From NCBI GenBank assembly GCA_965242865.1, contig CBDETK010000013.1, forward strand, positions 3,200,001-3,264,000: a stretch of DNA of 64,000 nt, read 5' to 3'. This document shows positions 27,816 to 38,278 of this stretch, piece by piece (the stretch's first letter is position 1; every line of letters starts with the position of its first letter). The translations under genes and the position numbers were made by a program. Source of the stretch: Candidatus Latescibacterota bacterium (GTDB lineage: Bacteria > Latescibacterota > UBA2968 > UBA8231). The notes below the pieces were generated by a model. The model did no database searches, was not told where the DNA came from, and saw only the letters and a list, made by a program, of their open reading frames with translations.

Positions 27816-29759
27816 CTATTCCTCCTGACGGTTGCTGTCGAAGTAATCTTCGACGAGATTGACCACCCGATTCACCCCTGCGGGAAAACTGATACACACT
27901 GCGGGTAGGCCGGTTGCATCGTTCAACCTGCTTTCCATAGCATCCACTTGCGCTTTGTCCAGCACTCGCTCCTTTGTGATGAGCCGACCGATCCCCTCCA
28001 AGATCTGCCGCTGCCGTGCGATGAACGCCAACGCTATGGTATCGGCCTTGCCCAGCCCTCTGAGGACTGCTAGACAATCCTCAATGTGATCCAACTCGTC
28101 GAACTCGTTGACCAGCAGTACGTAGGCATCGGGTGCGGTGCCGAACATGGTCGCTATCGCGGGCAGCGAATACAGACTGTGCTTCACCGCCAGAGACGGC
28201 AGGGACACCCCGGATTGCGCCCCGACCAAGACGATGTCAGGTGTGGATTGGGCGATGCCTACCATGGCGCTCTGCAAAAGGGTCACATGACTCTCCATGG
28301 GAATATCCACGCTGACCAGCCCCTCGTATCCGTTGGGGAAAGTGTAGTCAGCACCCAACAATTCCCCTTGGTGTTCTGTCGCTAGCCAACTCGTCGCGTA
28401 CCCCCTACTCTTGAGTTCTTTCCTTATCAAAAGCTGGGCCGTGACTTTCCCCTGGTCCTGCGAGGTGCCAAAAATTCCCAAGACAGGGCAGGTGATCGGT
28501 TCGTCTGGAGCAAAGGCACGGACCAAGGCGCGATAGACCTCTGTATCCACTATCGGCGCTGCCAAGCGCAACCCGCGCTTCTCGAACAACTCAGCATAGG
28601 GCACTTCGTAGAGCAAACACGCACGAGACAAGCTGTAAACGTTGCATCCCTTGGCTAGACAGACCTCCAGCGCTTCCCGCAACAGATCTCTCCGCTTGGC
28701 CTCACTATAGGCGTCCAAATGGCCTATGATCAGCGTATCAACGCCGTCTAACGCCTCTTCTAAGACCAATCGGACCGATGCACCGACAGGTTCCGCGCCA
28801 ATTGCCTCGCCTGCGTCCAATCCTTTTAGCTTGGACGGGGGGATGTCCACCACGCTAGCAATTTCAAACGACAACTGATCGGCGAAGCGGACCAACGACC
28901 TCATTTCCTTGTTGAAAGGATATACGGCTGCCCGCCCGATCCACCCGATGTCGGGTTTTATCGACTCCTTCCCCCAGGTAACCGCACCGCTGATCCACGT
29001 TGGCCCCGCTTCATTCCCGCTCTGGTGAACCATCGGCGGGGCGGTCTCGGCAGAAAAGCGGTGGAATTGATCCTCAATGCGACCTCCCTGTACACGTCGC
29101 CGCTGCTCTAGGAGTAAGGCGATGCCCGACACCCTTGCAGCCGCAAAGCTCGAAGCGGCTATTAGTGCTTTTTGCCCTTCCTTCCAGACGACTCGTTGCC
29201 TGTCACCCCGTGCAATGAATTGGACAGCAGCGTCTGAATCGTAGAAATAGCCGTACTTGCCACGAACCCGGCCGCCATTGACGCCGTACACGCAATCAAA
29301 CTTGGCCGGCGACGAGAGCAGGGCGGGATCGCGGTTCGCACTGACCAGCAATATGCCAGCATCACTCAAGTCTCGGCAGGCCGCATACAGTTCGTCCTCC
29401 CAATCGCGCTCCAGCGTCCCCAAGCTCAGATTGACCGCATCAGCCCCAAGCTCCTTGCACTGGCCTAGGGCTTGGAGAATGACTTCGGGATATGCTCGTA
29501 ACTCCTCCCCGAAGACTTTGATGCTGCTAATCGTCGCCGCGGGTGCAACACGCGCAATCAGGTCCATACAAGCGGTCCCGTGGCCGATTTCGTCCATGCC
29601 TTCCTGCGGCCCCCCTTTGCTCCCCGTCAAGTCAATGACCGCCCCCAACGCGATGTCCTCCAGAGATTTGCCTAGACCGCTGTCTATGACCGCTACGTGC
29701 ATTCCGCTGCCGTGAGACGACTCCAACTCGTGTGCGTGATGCTGACTCAATGCAGGCAT
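27816..29759 (-). CDS. S8 subtilisin-like peptidase fused to a DUF1611/TIGR04066-like P-loop domain
   Basis: Triad VAVIDSG / GHGTAC / ASSFAAARVSG; C-terminal VYPFNKEMRSL, PVLGIFGTSQDQGKVT, DIVLVGAQSG, GTAPDAYVLLVN. Confidence 0.85.
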   Translation of the reverse strand: MPALSQHHAHELESSHGSGMHVAVIDSGLGKSLEDIALGAVIDLTGSKGGPQEGMDEIGHGTACMDLIARVAPAATISSIKVFGEELRAYPEVILQALGQCKELGADAVNLSLGTLERDWEDELYAACRDLSDAGILLVSANRDPALLSSPAKFDCVYGVNGGRVRGKYGYFYDSDAAVQFIARGDRQRVVWKEGQKALIAASSFAAARVSGIALLLEQRRRVQGGRIEDQFHRFSAETAPPMVHQSGNEAGPTWISGAVTWGKESIKPDIGWIGRAAVYPFNKEMRSLVRFADQLSFEIASVVDIPPSKLKGLDAGEAIGAEPVGASVRLVLEEALDGVDTLIIGHLDAYSEAKRRDLLREALEVCLAKGCNVYSLSRACLLYEVPYAELFEKRGLRLAAPIVDTEVYRALVRAFAPDEPITCPVLGIFGTSQDQGKVTAQLLIRKELKSRGYATSWLATEHQGELLGADYTFPNGYEGLVSVDIPMESHVTLLQSAMVGIAQSTPDIVLVGAQSGVSLPSLAVKHSLYSLPAIATMFGTAPDAYVLLVNEFDELDHIEDCLAVLRGLGKADTIALAFIARQRQILEGIGRLITKERVLDKAQVDAMESRLNDATGLPAVCISFPAGVNRVVNLVEDYFDSNRQEE

Positions 29760-29802
29760 AGCTACTTGCGTCCTTGGCTTGTGGTGGCCTTATCTCCTAT
29801 AT

Positions 29803-29923
29803 AGCAAGATGTATGCCATGTTCTATATACTATTGAAAAACAAGGAGATGCGTTGAATCGGCCTCTGGACCGACCTAAGGGCGAGTGTCCGCTGGTGATA
29901 CAGGGGTGTCCGCTGGTGATACA
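29803..29923 (-). promoter_or_regulatory. sigma54 promoter with tandem enhancer driving the maturation operon
   Basis: TGGCATACATCTTGCT at 29803-29818; 17-mers at 29886-29902 and 29907-29923. Confidence 0.88.
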
Positions 29924-30035
29924 CTTTAGCTCACAGGCAGGACGATGCGTAGCGTCCGCGATTGACTTGGGGGGATGGACTCGTTATATGTCTCAGATAT
30001 GAACTACAAACGCTTGGAACTTGGGAGCGGCGACC

Positions 30036-31408
<1,373 letters not shown>

Positions 31409-31412
<4 letters not shown>

Positions 31413-31684
31413 ACCTGCTCGTGGGCTTCTTTATACGCTTTCAGAATCGCACTGATCCGCGTCTGACAGCCTTCGCCTTGGCGCCGGAACCATTCCAGTA
31501 CATCCTTGTCCAGACGCAGGGTAATCTGCGCCTTGCCCGGCACCGGCTTCAAGCCCTTTTGCACGAGGGCCTGAGCGAACATTTCGGGAGACAGAGGCCG
31601 AACATCGGAGTAATCAATGGCCTCATCCTCCATCGCGTCTAGCCGCTTGAGTGTGCGCTTGATAGATTCTTTGTTCTCGCTCAT
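31409..31684 (-). CDS. BrnA-family antitoxin
   Basis: IDYSDV...KAQITLRLDKDVLEWFRRQGEGCQTRISAIL. Confidence 0.88.
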
Positions 31685-31703
31685 TGGCTTTCCTCATCGA
31701 GAT
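31623..31703 (-). pseudogene. C-terminal stub of a BrnT toxin
   Basis: ISMRKANEREQRIY overlaps the antitoxin start; upstream sequence is unrelated. Confidence 0.7.
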
Positions 31704-32009
31704 GTTGCCCCTCGGCCTCCGATTCACAAATGCCCAAAAAGCCAAAGGCAATCGCCGCAGTGCCCGCCGCCGCGCCAAGAGCAAAAGCACCAACGCCTAT
31801 CGCGCCCACGCCCTCGACCGCGCCGGCCTCGACCACGCCCGCGCCCCACGCTATACCAGCCAGCCGCCGCGGCAATTTGCTATCTGTTAATGCCGCCCAC
31901 TAAAGAAAGTTCTGAGAAGAAGGAAGAACCAACAGATAGCAAATTGCCAAACCACGCCGATATTGACGTGCTGGCCGAACTCAAAAAGCATTGGGCCGCC
32001 AAAAATTGG

Positions 32010-32066
32010 CCCATTTCGCCCATTTCGCCCAATTCGCCCAATTCGCCCAATTCGCCCAATTCGCCC
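32010..32066 (+). repeat. 9-bp tandem repeat CCCA(T/A)TTCG x6
   Basis: Read directly from the sequence. Confidence 0.9.
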
Positions 32067-32155
32067 CCAACTAAACCCACGCCAGAGACCAAAATCGTTT
32101 ATGCGCTTGACCCGTAAGCGATTTTTACGCCACAAGACAGCTTAGAGCGGCAACG

Positions 32156-33460
32156 CTACCCGCCCACAGACTCCAAATACGCCACTACCGCCGGAAAGCC
32201 GCCTTGTTCGGCCAAGTCTTTCGCGCTATCGCCGCCGTTGTTCGTAGCGTTCACGTCCGCCCCCTGCTTGACCAGATACTTGACAACCGCCAAATGACCA
32301 GACGCCGCCGCCCATATCAGAGCCGTAAAGCCACCGCGCTCCGTAGCCTCAAGGTCTGCCCCGCGCTCAAGCAGATACCTAATCACCTCAAAATGACCTT
32401 CAAAATGCCCAGCCGCCGCCGCCCCGTACAGAGCCGTAGAGCTGTTCCCGTCCCTCGCCTCGATGTCCGCCCCGAGACCCACCAAAAACTTGACCATCTC
32501 TAAATCACCACTTTCCGCCGCCCAATGCAGCGCCGTAGAGCCGTATCGGTCTGCGGTATCAATCGACAGGCCCGCCGCCAAAAACAGCCGTACAACCTCC
32601 CGATGACCGTTCGTCGTCGCATAGTGCCAAGCCGTAAAACCACCGGAATCCCGCGTCGTGATGTCCGCCCCGCGCTCAATCAGATACCGAACCACGTCCG
32701 TATGACCGTGCAGCACCGCCTCCGACAGCACCGTCAAGCCATTCCGATCCTTTCTATCAACGTCCGCCCCCTGATCAAGCAGATACCCAATCGCCTTAAC
32801 CTGCCTACCCACCACCGCCCTATGCAGCGCCGTCCGGCCCTCACGATCGACAGCCTCAATTTTCGCCCCCTGCCCCACCAAAAACTTGACTACCTCTAAA
32901 TCACCACTTTCCGCCGCCCAATGCAGCGCAGTCAAGCCGTATCGGTCTGCGGTATCAACCGACATACCCGCCTCCACGAACAGCCGCACAACATCCAAGA
33001 AGCCGGGGCTACCGGCCCAAGACACAAAAGCGTCAGCCGTATAGAGAATCCCCCGCGCCTTCAACTCCGCACGAGCCTCCTCCGGCGTCCGGGCAACCAC
33101 GGGCGCCAGCGTATCCGCGACCGCCGCCGCCATGCTATCCACCGCCGCCACTTCCGTACTATCCACCGGCACCGCAACGACCTCCTCGGTCACCGTGCTA
33201 TCCGCCCCCGCTACGGCCGTGCTATCTACTGGAGCCGCAACGACCTCCTCGGGCACCGTCGTATCCTCCTCCGCAGCGGCCGTGCTATCCGCGGGTGTCC
33301 CTGCCGCGGTACTATCCACGCCCACAATCGCGCTCCCCCCCTCCTTGAACAAGTCAAATAGACCACCGCTCGACACCTTGCCCGACGGCTCCACCGGCAT
33401 AGACCGCTCCCCGCAGCCCAACGCCGCGGCCAAACCCAACAAGAGCACCAAAAAACGCAT
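32156..33460 (-). CDS. Ankyrin-repeat lipoprotein with acidic D-S/T-rich linker
   Basis: GAGGAG RBS; MRFLVLLLGLAAALGC lipobox; many G.TALH.AA..G...VV..L...GAD repeats. Confidence 0.92.
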   Translation of the reverse strand: MRFLVLLLGLAAALGCGERSMPVEPSGKVSSGGLFDLFKEGGSAIVGVDSTAAGTPADSTAAAEEDTTVPEEVVAAPVDSTAVAGADSTVTEEVVAVPVDSTEVAAVDSMAAAVADTLAPVVARTPEEARAELKARGILYTADAFVSWAGSPGFLDVVRLFVEAGMSVDTADRYGLTALHWAAESGDLEVVKFLVGQGAKIEAVDREGRTALHRAVVGRQVKAIGYLLDQGADVDRKDRNGLTVLSEAVLHGHTDVVRYLIERGADITTRDSGGFTAWHYATTNGHREVVRLFLAAGLSIDTADRYGSTALHWAAESGDLEMVKFLVGLGADIEARDGNSSTALYGAAAAGHFEGHFEVIRYLLERGADLEATERGGFTALIWAAASGHLAVVKYLVKQGADVNATNNGGDSAKDLAEQGGFPAVVAYLESVGG

Positions 33461-33580
33461 CCTAAATCTCCTCAAGTGAATGAATGATTGAACGATTGCC
33501 CCAAAAAAGCCCCATCGCGCACAATTCGCGCAATCGGGCCAGATTACCAATAATCCGCTTTATCAGTAGTCTAATACCCC

Positions 33581-34018
33581 TTAATTCGCCCCCACAGACT
33601 CCAAATACCCCATCACCTCCCTATGATTTTGCATCGCCGCCACGTCCAGAGCCGTAAAGCCAGAGTTTCCCTTAGCGTTCACGTCCGCCCCCTGACCTAC
33701 TTGAAGCAACGCCCAAATCAGATCCGTAGTGAATCCGTAGCTCCTAGCGTTCACGTCCGCCCCCTGCTCGACCAAATACCGAACCACCGACAAACGACCT
33801 TCTAACGCCGCCCCGTGCAGAGCCGTAAAGCCGTCGTTGTCGGCGGTATTAACCGACATGCCCGCCTCCACGAACAGCTTGACAACCGTAAGGTCGCCAT
33901 TCAAAGCCGCGGAAAAAAAAGCCTCCTCCGTGTAGGCGATACCCAACGCCGCCAACTCGTCACGGGCGTCCGTGCAGCCCAACCCCAGCCCAACCAACCC
34001 AACCAGTAACCAACGCAT
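33581..34018 (-). CDS. Short ankyrin-repeat lipoprotein, paralog of the neighbouring gene
   Basis: LGLGC lipobox; GFTALHGAALEG; C-terminal YLESVG shared with neighbour; one repeat is degenerate. Confidence 0.85.
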   Translation of the reverse strand: MRWLLVGLVGLGLGCTDARDELAALGIAYTEEAFFSAALNGDLTVVKLFVEAGMSVNTADNDGFTALHGAALEGRLSVVRYLVEQGADVNARSYGFTTDLIWALLQVGQGADVNAKGNSGFTALDVAAMQNHREVMGYLESVGAN

Positions 34019-34031
34019 AATAGCCTCCGTT

Positions 34032-34262
34032 CAGCCCAATATCTGGTAGCCGCCCGGCCCCCTGTATCCCCAAGATATTGCGTAGCCAGTTTGACAGCCG
34101 CGCCCCAAGACGGCTAAATTGCCAACCAGCGCGAGCACCTCCCCCGCCCCGAGCTGATACGCTCCTATTTTTTTTGGATTTGAAAATCTGACCGAAACCA
34201 AACAAAGCGCGAGTACCTCCCCAACAGCACTGCCCCTGCCCATACAAAAAAAATGGGCCGAT
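34032..34262. repeat. ~230-bp non-coding direct repeat, copy 1
   Basis: CAGCCCAATATCTGGTAGCC...CATACAAAAAAAATGGGCCGAT; matches 35243-35470. Confidence 0.9.
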
Positions 34263-34417
34263 TCACTGCCCCCCCTGCATCCCTCGACATAGACCGCCCC
34301 AAACGCCTCCTAAGACGCTCAAAAGCAACTGAACAATCACACGGGCCGACCTATCCGCGCAAGCCTCCGCCCCAAAAGAGAAAGACGCTTTTACCGCACC
34401 ACCCGACAGCAAGAGTA

Positions 34418-34900
34418 TTAGGGCTGGCTCAGATCGGCCGGCTCGTTCAGAGCGGGAGCAACGGGCGCGACTTGGCCAACGGGCGCGACTTGGGCTACTG
34501 GCGCGGCCGGAGCAACCGCAGCAACCGGAACGGCTTGCGGCCACTTATTTACAGCAAGCGTCGCCGCGGTAACTGCCACGGCAAGCCATATAGTGACCAG
34601 TCCCCCTATTACCCAATAAAAATGCTTGGATTGCTGGCGCACCTCCTCCTTCATCTCGACGCGTACCTTCTCCACTTCCTCCTTCATCTCGCCGCGCAAA
34701 TCTTTCACCGCCGTATCCATCGAGGCGCGCACCTTCTCCCCCTCCTCTTTGGCTATAAGGCGCATCTCCGCAATCACCTTATCAAACCGATCCTCCACCT
34801 TATCAAACCGGGGTTCTAAGATGGTGCCTATCAACTCAATTTGTTCTTTGTTAAGGGTCGCGGCCCCTTGCTCTTGGCTCGCTGTGCGTTGATCGCTCAT
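34418..34900 (-). CDS. Coiled-coil membrane protein (hypothetical)
   Basis: AGGAGG RBS; RFDKVEDRFDKV and MKEEV repeats; one TM; AP-rich tail. Confidence 0.7.
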   Translation of the reverse strand: MSDQRTASQEQGAATLNKEQIELIGTILEPRFDKVEDRFDKVIAEMRLIAKEEGEKVRASMDTAVKDLRGEMKEEVEKVRVEMKEEVRQQSKHFYWVIGGLVTIWLAVAVTAATLAVNKWPQAVPVAAVAPAAPVAQVAPVGQVAPVAPALNEPADLSQP

Positions 34901-35242
34901 AACTCCCTCCTATGGAGATAGTAATAAAATAGTAGAACACGCCCTGCAATCAGACAAACGCCGGCCGATTCCTACAAAAAAACTCGCGCAAAAAAACAAA
35001 ACTGACCGCCCGGTCTATAAAAAACATCCCCCTCGAAGTCCGAAAAGCAGTGAGTCCGCCCCGCCCCGTCAATAAAAATTGCCTAAAATTTGTCCACTGA
35101 TTGCCGACGGTCAGGGACAACCGACACCCCATCAACCGAAAAATCGCAGCACGGGGCCTGCGTCCCAAATTTCAATAAGAGCCAGACCGCCAACAATAAT
35201 AGAGACAATCGTTCGCAGCATAATCGTTTCTATCCGTTTGTG

Positions 35243-35470
35243 CAGCCCAATATCTGGTAGCCCTGCTCGGCCCTGCATCCCCAAGATATAGTAGCCCAAG
35301 TTGACGCCCAACCTCTCGACGGCTAAATTGCCAACCAGCGCGAGCACCGCCCCCGCCCCGCGCTGATACGCTCCTATTTTTTTGGATTTGAAAATCTGAC
35401 CGAAACCAAACAAAGCGCGAGCACCTCCCCAACAGCACCGCCCCTGCCCATACAAAAAAAATGGGCCGAT
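35243..35470. repeat. ~230-bp non-coding direct repeat, copy 2
   Basis: Matches 34032-34262. Confidence 0.9.
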
Positions 35471-35630
35471 ACCCAAAACCCTGCTAAAAGTTCGGTATCA
35501 GCCCAAGGAGCAAAACAATGCCCTACCAAGATAGCCAACCGACGGCCGCGACACAAGCCCCAGCTGTCCAAAAAAAAGGGCCGATACCCTTCTCGCCAAA
35601 GATTCGGTATCAGCCCAGGAAAGCAACTTA

Positions 35631-36965
35631 ATGAGCTTTAAGCACCGTCTCATGCAAGGGTATCGCGCCTTCCGCACGCGGGTCGTGCTGCGCGTCGCCC
35701 TCCTCGGCGGCACCTTGTGGCTGCTGTTCTACCTACTAGCAGCCGGCGCGAACCATCCGGCCGTCGTCCTCGTCGTCCTCGTCCTACTCTATCAGATCTA
35801 CGCCCTCATCCACTACGTCGAGCGCACCAACCGCGACCTAGCGCGCTTTTTGGCCGCCATCCGCTACGCCGACTTCTCGCAGAATTTTGTCTCGGGCGGG
35901 CTTGGCTCCTCCTTCGACGAACTCAAGACCGCGTTCAACGAGGTCCTCGACGCCTTTCGCCAAGCCCGGGCCGAAAAGGAGGAACAAGCGCACTACCTGC
36001 AAACGGTCGTGCAACACATTGGCATCGGCTTGATTGTGTTCGACAGCGCCGGCGAGGTGTCGCTGATCAACAGCGCGGCCAAGCGGCTTTTGGGCGTACC
36101 GCGCTTGGGCCACATCGCCGACCTCGACCATCCCATCCTGACCGCGGCCCTGCAACGCCTCGGCCCCCAAGGCCGCGACTTGGTGCGCTTGGAGGAGATT
36201 CAGCTCGCCCTGTACGCATCGGTGTTCCGCCAGAGCCACCGCGAGCACACCCTAGTGGCCCTCCACGACATTGGCCCAGCCCTCGACGAAAAGGAAATGG
36301 AGGCTTGGCAAAACCTAATCCGCGTACTCACCCACGAGATCATGAATTCCATCACCCCGATCGCTTCGCTGGCCGCGACCGCAAACGGCATGCTAAAAGA
36401 GGATATCCTCGACGCCGAGGCCACCGAAGACATCCGCAGTGCGGTGAGCACGATCCAGCGCCGCAGCGAGGGCCTGCTGCACTTTGTCGAAGCCTACCGC
36501 GGCCTCACCCGCGTACCAGCCCCCTCCTTTGAGATTGTCTCCGTGGCCGGCCTGTTCGCCCGCGTGGAGCAGCTAATGCGGCCCCAGTTCGTCAAGTCCG
36601 CCGTCGAATTGCGCCTCCAAGTGGACCCGCCCGGCCTCGAATTGACCGCGGACCCCGAGCAAGTCGAGCAGATCCTCATCAATCTGCTGCGCAATGCCCG
36701 CGAAGCCACCGCCCACCGCGCTGGCGCCGGCGTTGACTTGACCGCTCGGCTGGTGCGCGACAAGGTCGTCATCGAGGTCGCGGACAATGGGCCGGGGATC
36801 GTCGCCGAAGCACTCGGCAAGGTTTTCATTCCCTTCTTCACGACCAAGCGCGATGGCTCTGGCATCGGGCTGAGCCTGTGCCGCCAGATCATGCGGCTCC
36901 ACCGCGGATCCATCTCCGCTCGCTCGGAGCCGGGGGTGCGGACGGTGTTTGCGCTGCGGTTTTGA
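35631..36965 (+). CDS. Sensor histidine kinase (PAS-containing, NtrY-like); probable partner of 30036-31412
   Basis: Two TMs; RVLTHEIMNSITPI, INLLRNA, DNGPGI, FFTTKRDGSGIGLS. Confidence 0.93.
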   Translation: MSFKHRLMQGYRAFRTRVVLRVALLGGTLWLLFYLLAAGANHPAVVLVVLVLLYQIYALIHYVERTNRDLARFLAAIRYADFSQNFVSGGLGSSFDELKTAFNEVLDAFRQARAEKEEQAHYLQTVVQHIGIGLIVFDSAGEVSLINSAAKRLLGVPRLGHIADLDHPILTAALQRLGPQGRDLVRLEEIQLALYASVFRQSHREHTLVALHDIGPALDEKEMEAWQNLIRVLTHEIMNSITPIASLAATANGMLKEDILDAEATEDIRSAVSTIQRRSEGLLHFVEAYRGLTRVPAPSFEIVSVAGLFARVEQLMRPQFVKSAVELRLQVDPPGLELTADPEQVEQILINLLRNAREATAHRAGAGVDLTARLVRDKVVIEVADNGPGIVAEALGKVFIPFFTTKRDGSGIGLSLCRQIMRLHRGSISARSEPGVRTVFALRF

Positions 36966-36978
36966 GCGGGTTAGACCG

Positions 36979-37971
36979 CTAGAATGCAACGGCGAGTTGC
37001 ACCGTGGTCGTGCTGACTGGCTGGCTGGCGTAATCCTCGTCTCGCGCCCATTCGATGGCTGGCGAGAACCACGTTGCCAATTCCACCGACAGCCCGGCGA
37101 GCCACCGCCGCGTGGGCAGTTTTAGCGCCCGGGCTTCTGCCGTGCCCTGATAGCCGATGACCACCGTGGCCTCCTGGCCTACAAGGCGGACCGCGCAAGC
37201 CGCTTCGAGCAGCCAACTCGACGGTTGAGCGCCGCGGCCGGCATACTCCACTTCGCGGGCTGCAAAGCGCTCCAGCGAAGCTAGGTATTCGCCAATCAGT
37301 GTGGCGTTTGCGTAACGCAACTCGGCGCGAGCGGTCCAGCCGGGCACGTTATCGCGGCCCCGCGCATCGGCAAGTACCTCTTGGAGAGTGCCTGAAGCCC
37401 CGAGGTCGCTGATATAGGACAGGTTTAGACCGAACTCGGACGCCCCGCGCTCCCGCGCATAGCCGATTGCAGCACCGTACCCGCCATTGAAGCCGAAGAT
37501 AGAACCGTGCAATCGGCCGGCCGCCCACCCGAATTGCAAGGCAAGCTCATTTGTTTCGCCGAGTTGGAGCGTCAGCGGGTCGGCGATCAACGCGGGAGGC
37601 CAATTCGCAAATGGGACGTATTGCTGGCCAGCGGAGAAAAACCACGCGCCTTGCGGCGGCCCAATGGTCAGATTGGCACTGTCGAGCCCGGCTTGCTCGG
37701 CTTCTTCCAGCCCAATGTCCGCTTCTTCGTACAGCAGGGTGGCCCCGGCCCCAACCCAGTCGTTTAGTTCGGCCTCAACCACCAGCTCGGCTTGCCCCAC
37801 GCCAATGCCCGCGGTGTTGTCGCCTTCGTCCGGGTGCCGATAGACTCCTTCCAGTTGGACCGAGCCGCCGATCGCCCACGCAACTTGCTCAGCCTGCTCG
37901 GCCTCGGCCCGCACCAGCCCGTGCCCGACCAATAACGCCGTGCCAACGAAGATGACGCTTTTCACCTTCAT
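36979..37971 (-). CDS. LbtU-family outer-membrane (siderophore) porin
   Basis: Signal peptide; LLYEE, GQQYVPF, DPLTLQLGET; terminal QLAVAF. Confidence 0.75.
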   Translation of the reverse strand: MKVKSVIFVGTALLVGHGLVRAEAEQAEQVAWAIGGSVQLEGVYRHPDEGDNTAGIGVGQAELVVEAELNDWVGAGATLLYEEADIGLEEAEQAGLDSANLTIGPPQGAWFFSAGQQYVPFANWPPALIADPLTLQLGETNELALQFGWAAGRLHGSIFGFNGGYGAAIGYARERGASEFGLNLSYISDLGASGTLQEVLADARGRDNVPGWTARAELRYANATLIGEYLASLERFAAREVEYAGRGAQPSSWLLEAACAVRLVGQEATVVIGYQGTAEARALKLPTRRWLAGLSVELATWFSPAIEWARDEDYASQPVSTTTVQLAVAF

Positions 37972-37982
37972 CCCAGTCTCGC

Positions 37983-38060
37983 TCAATACGGGCGGTCCTC
38001 GACGAGGAGATAGCCTTCGGTGCGATAGAAGCCGAGTTGGTCGGCGGTGACGCCGCTCAT
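37983..38060 (-). pseudogene. N-terminal stub of a PhyH-family gene
   Basis: AAAGGA RBS; MSGVTADQLGFYRTEGYLLVED, then stop within four codons. Confidence 0.55.
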
Positions 38061-38278
38061 CGGGGTTGTCCTTTGGCTGGGGGCTGATTGAGGTTGGGTT
38101 AATGTATGGTTTTACCGATGGGGTCAACAAGCGCGGCCCGGTCGTTCCGCGTATCTTTAGACCATGAGGATTGAGGAGGAAAACAGGATGTTGGAAACGA
38201 TTTTCTTAATTCGCTTTAGGGAGGTTTTGATGAGTACGGCAATTATTCGAGCAGGACGCGGGGCGGCAATAAGCGTTT

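Noticed and set aside
31890-32117. SPN-repeat ORF
   Set aside because: Explained by the 9-bp tandem repeat; no other coding evidence
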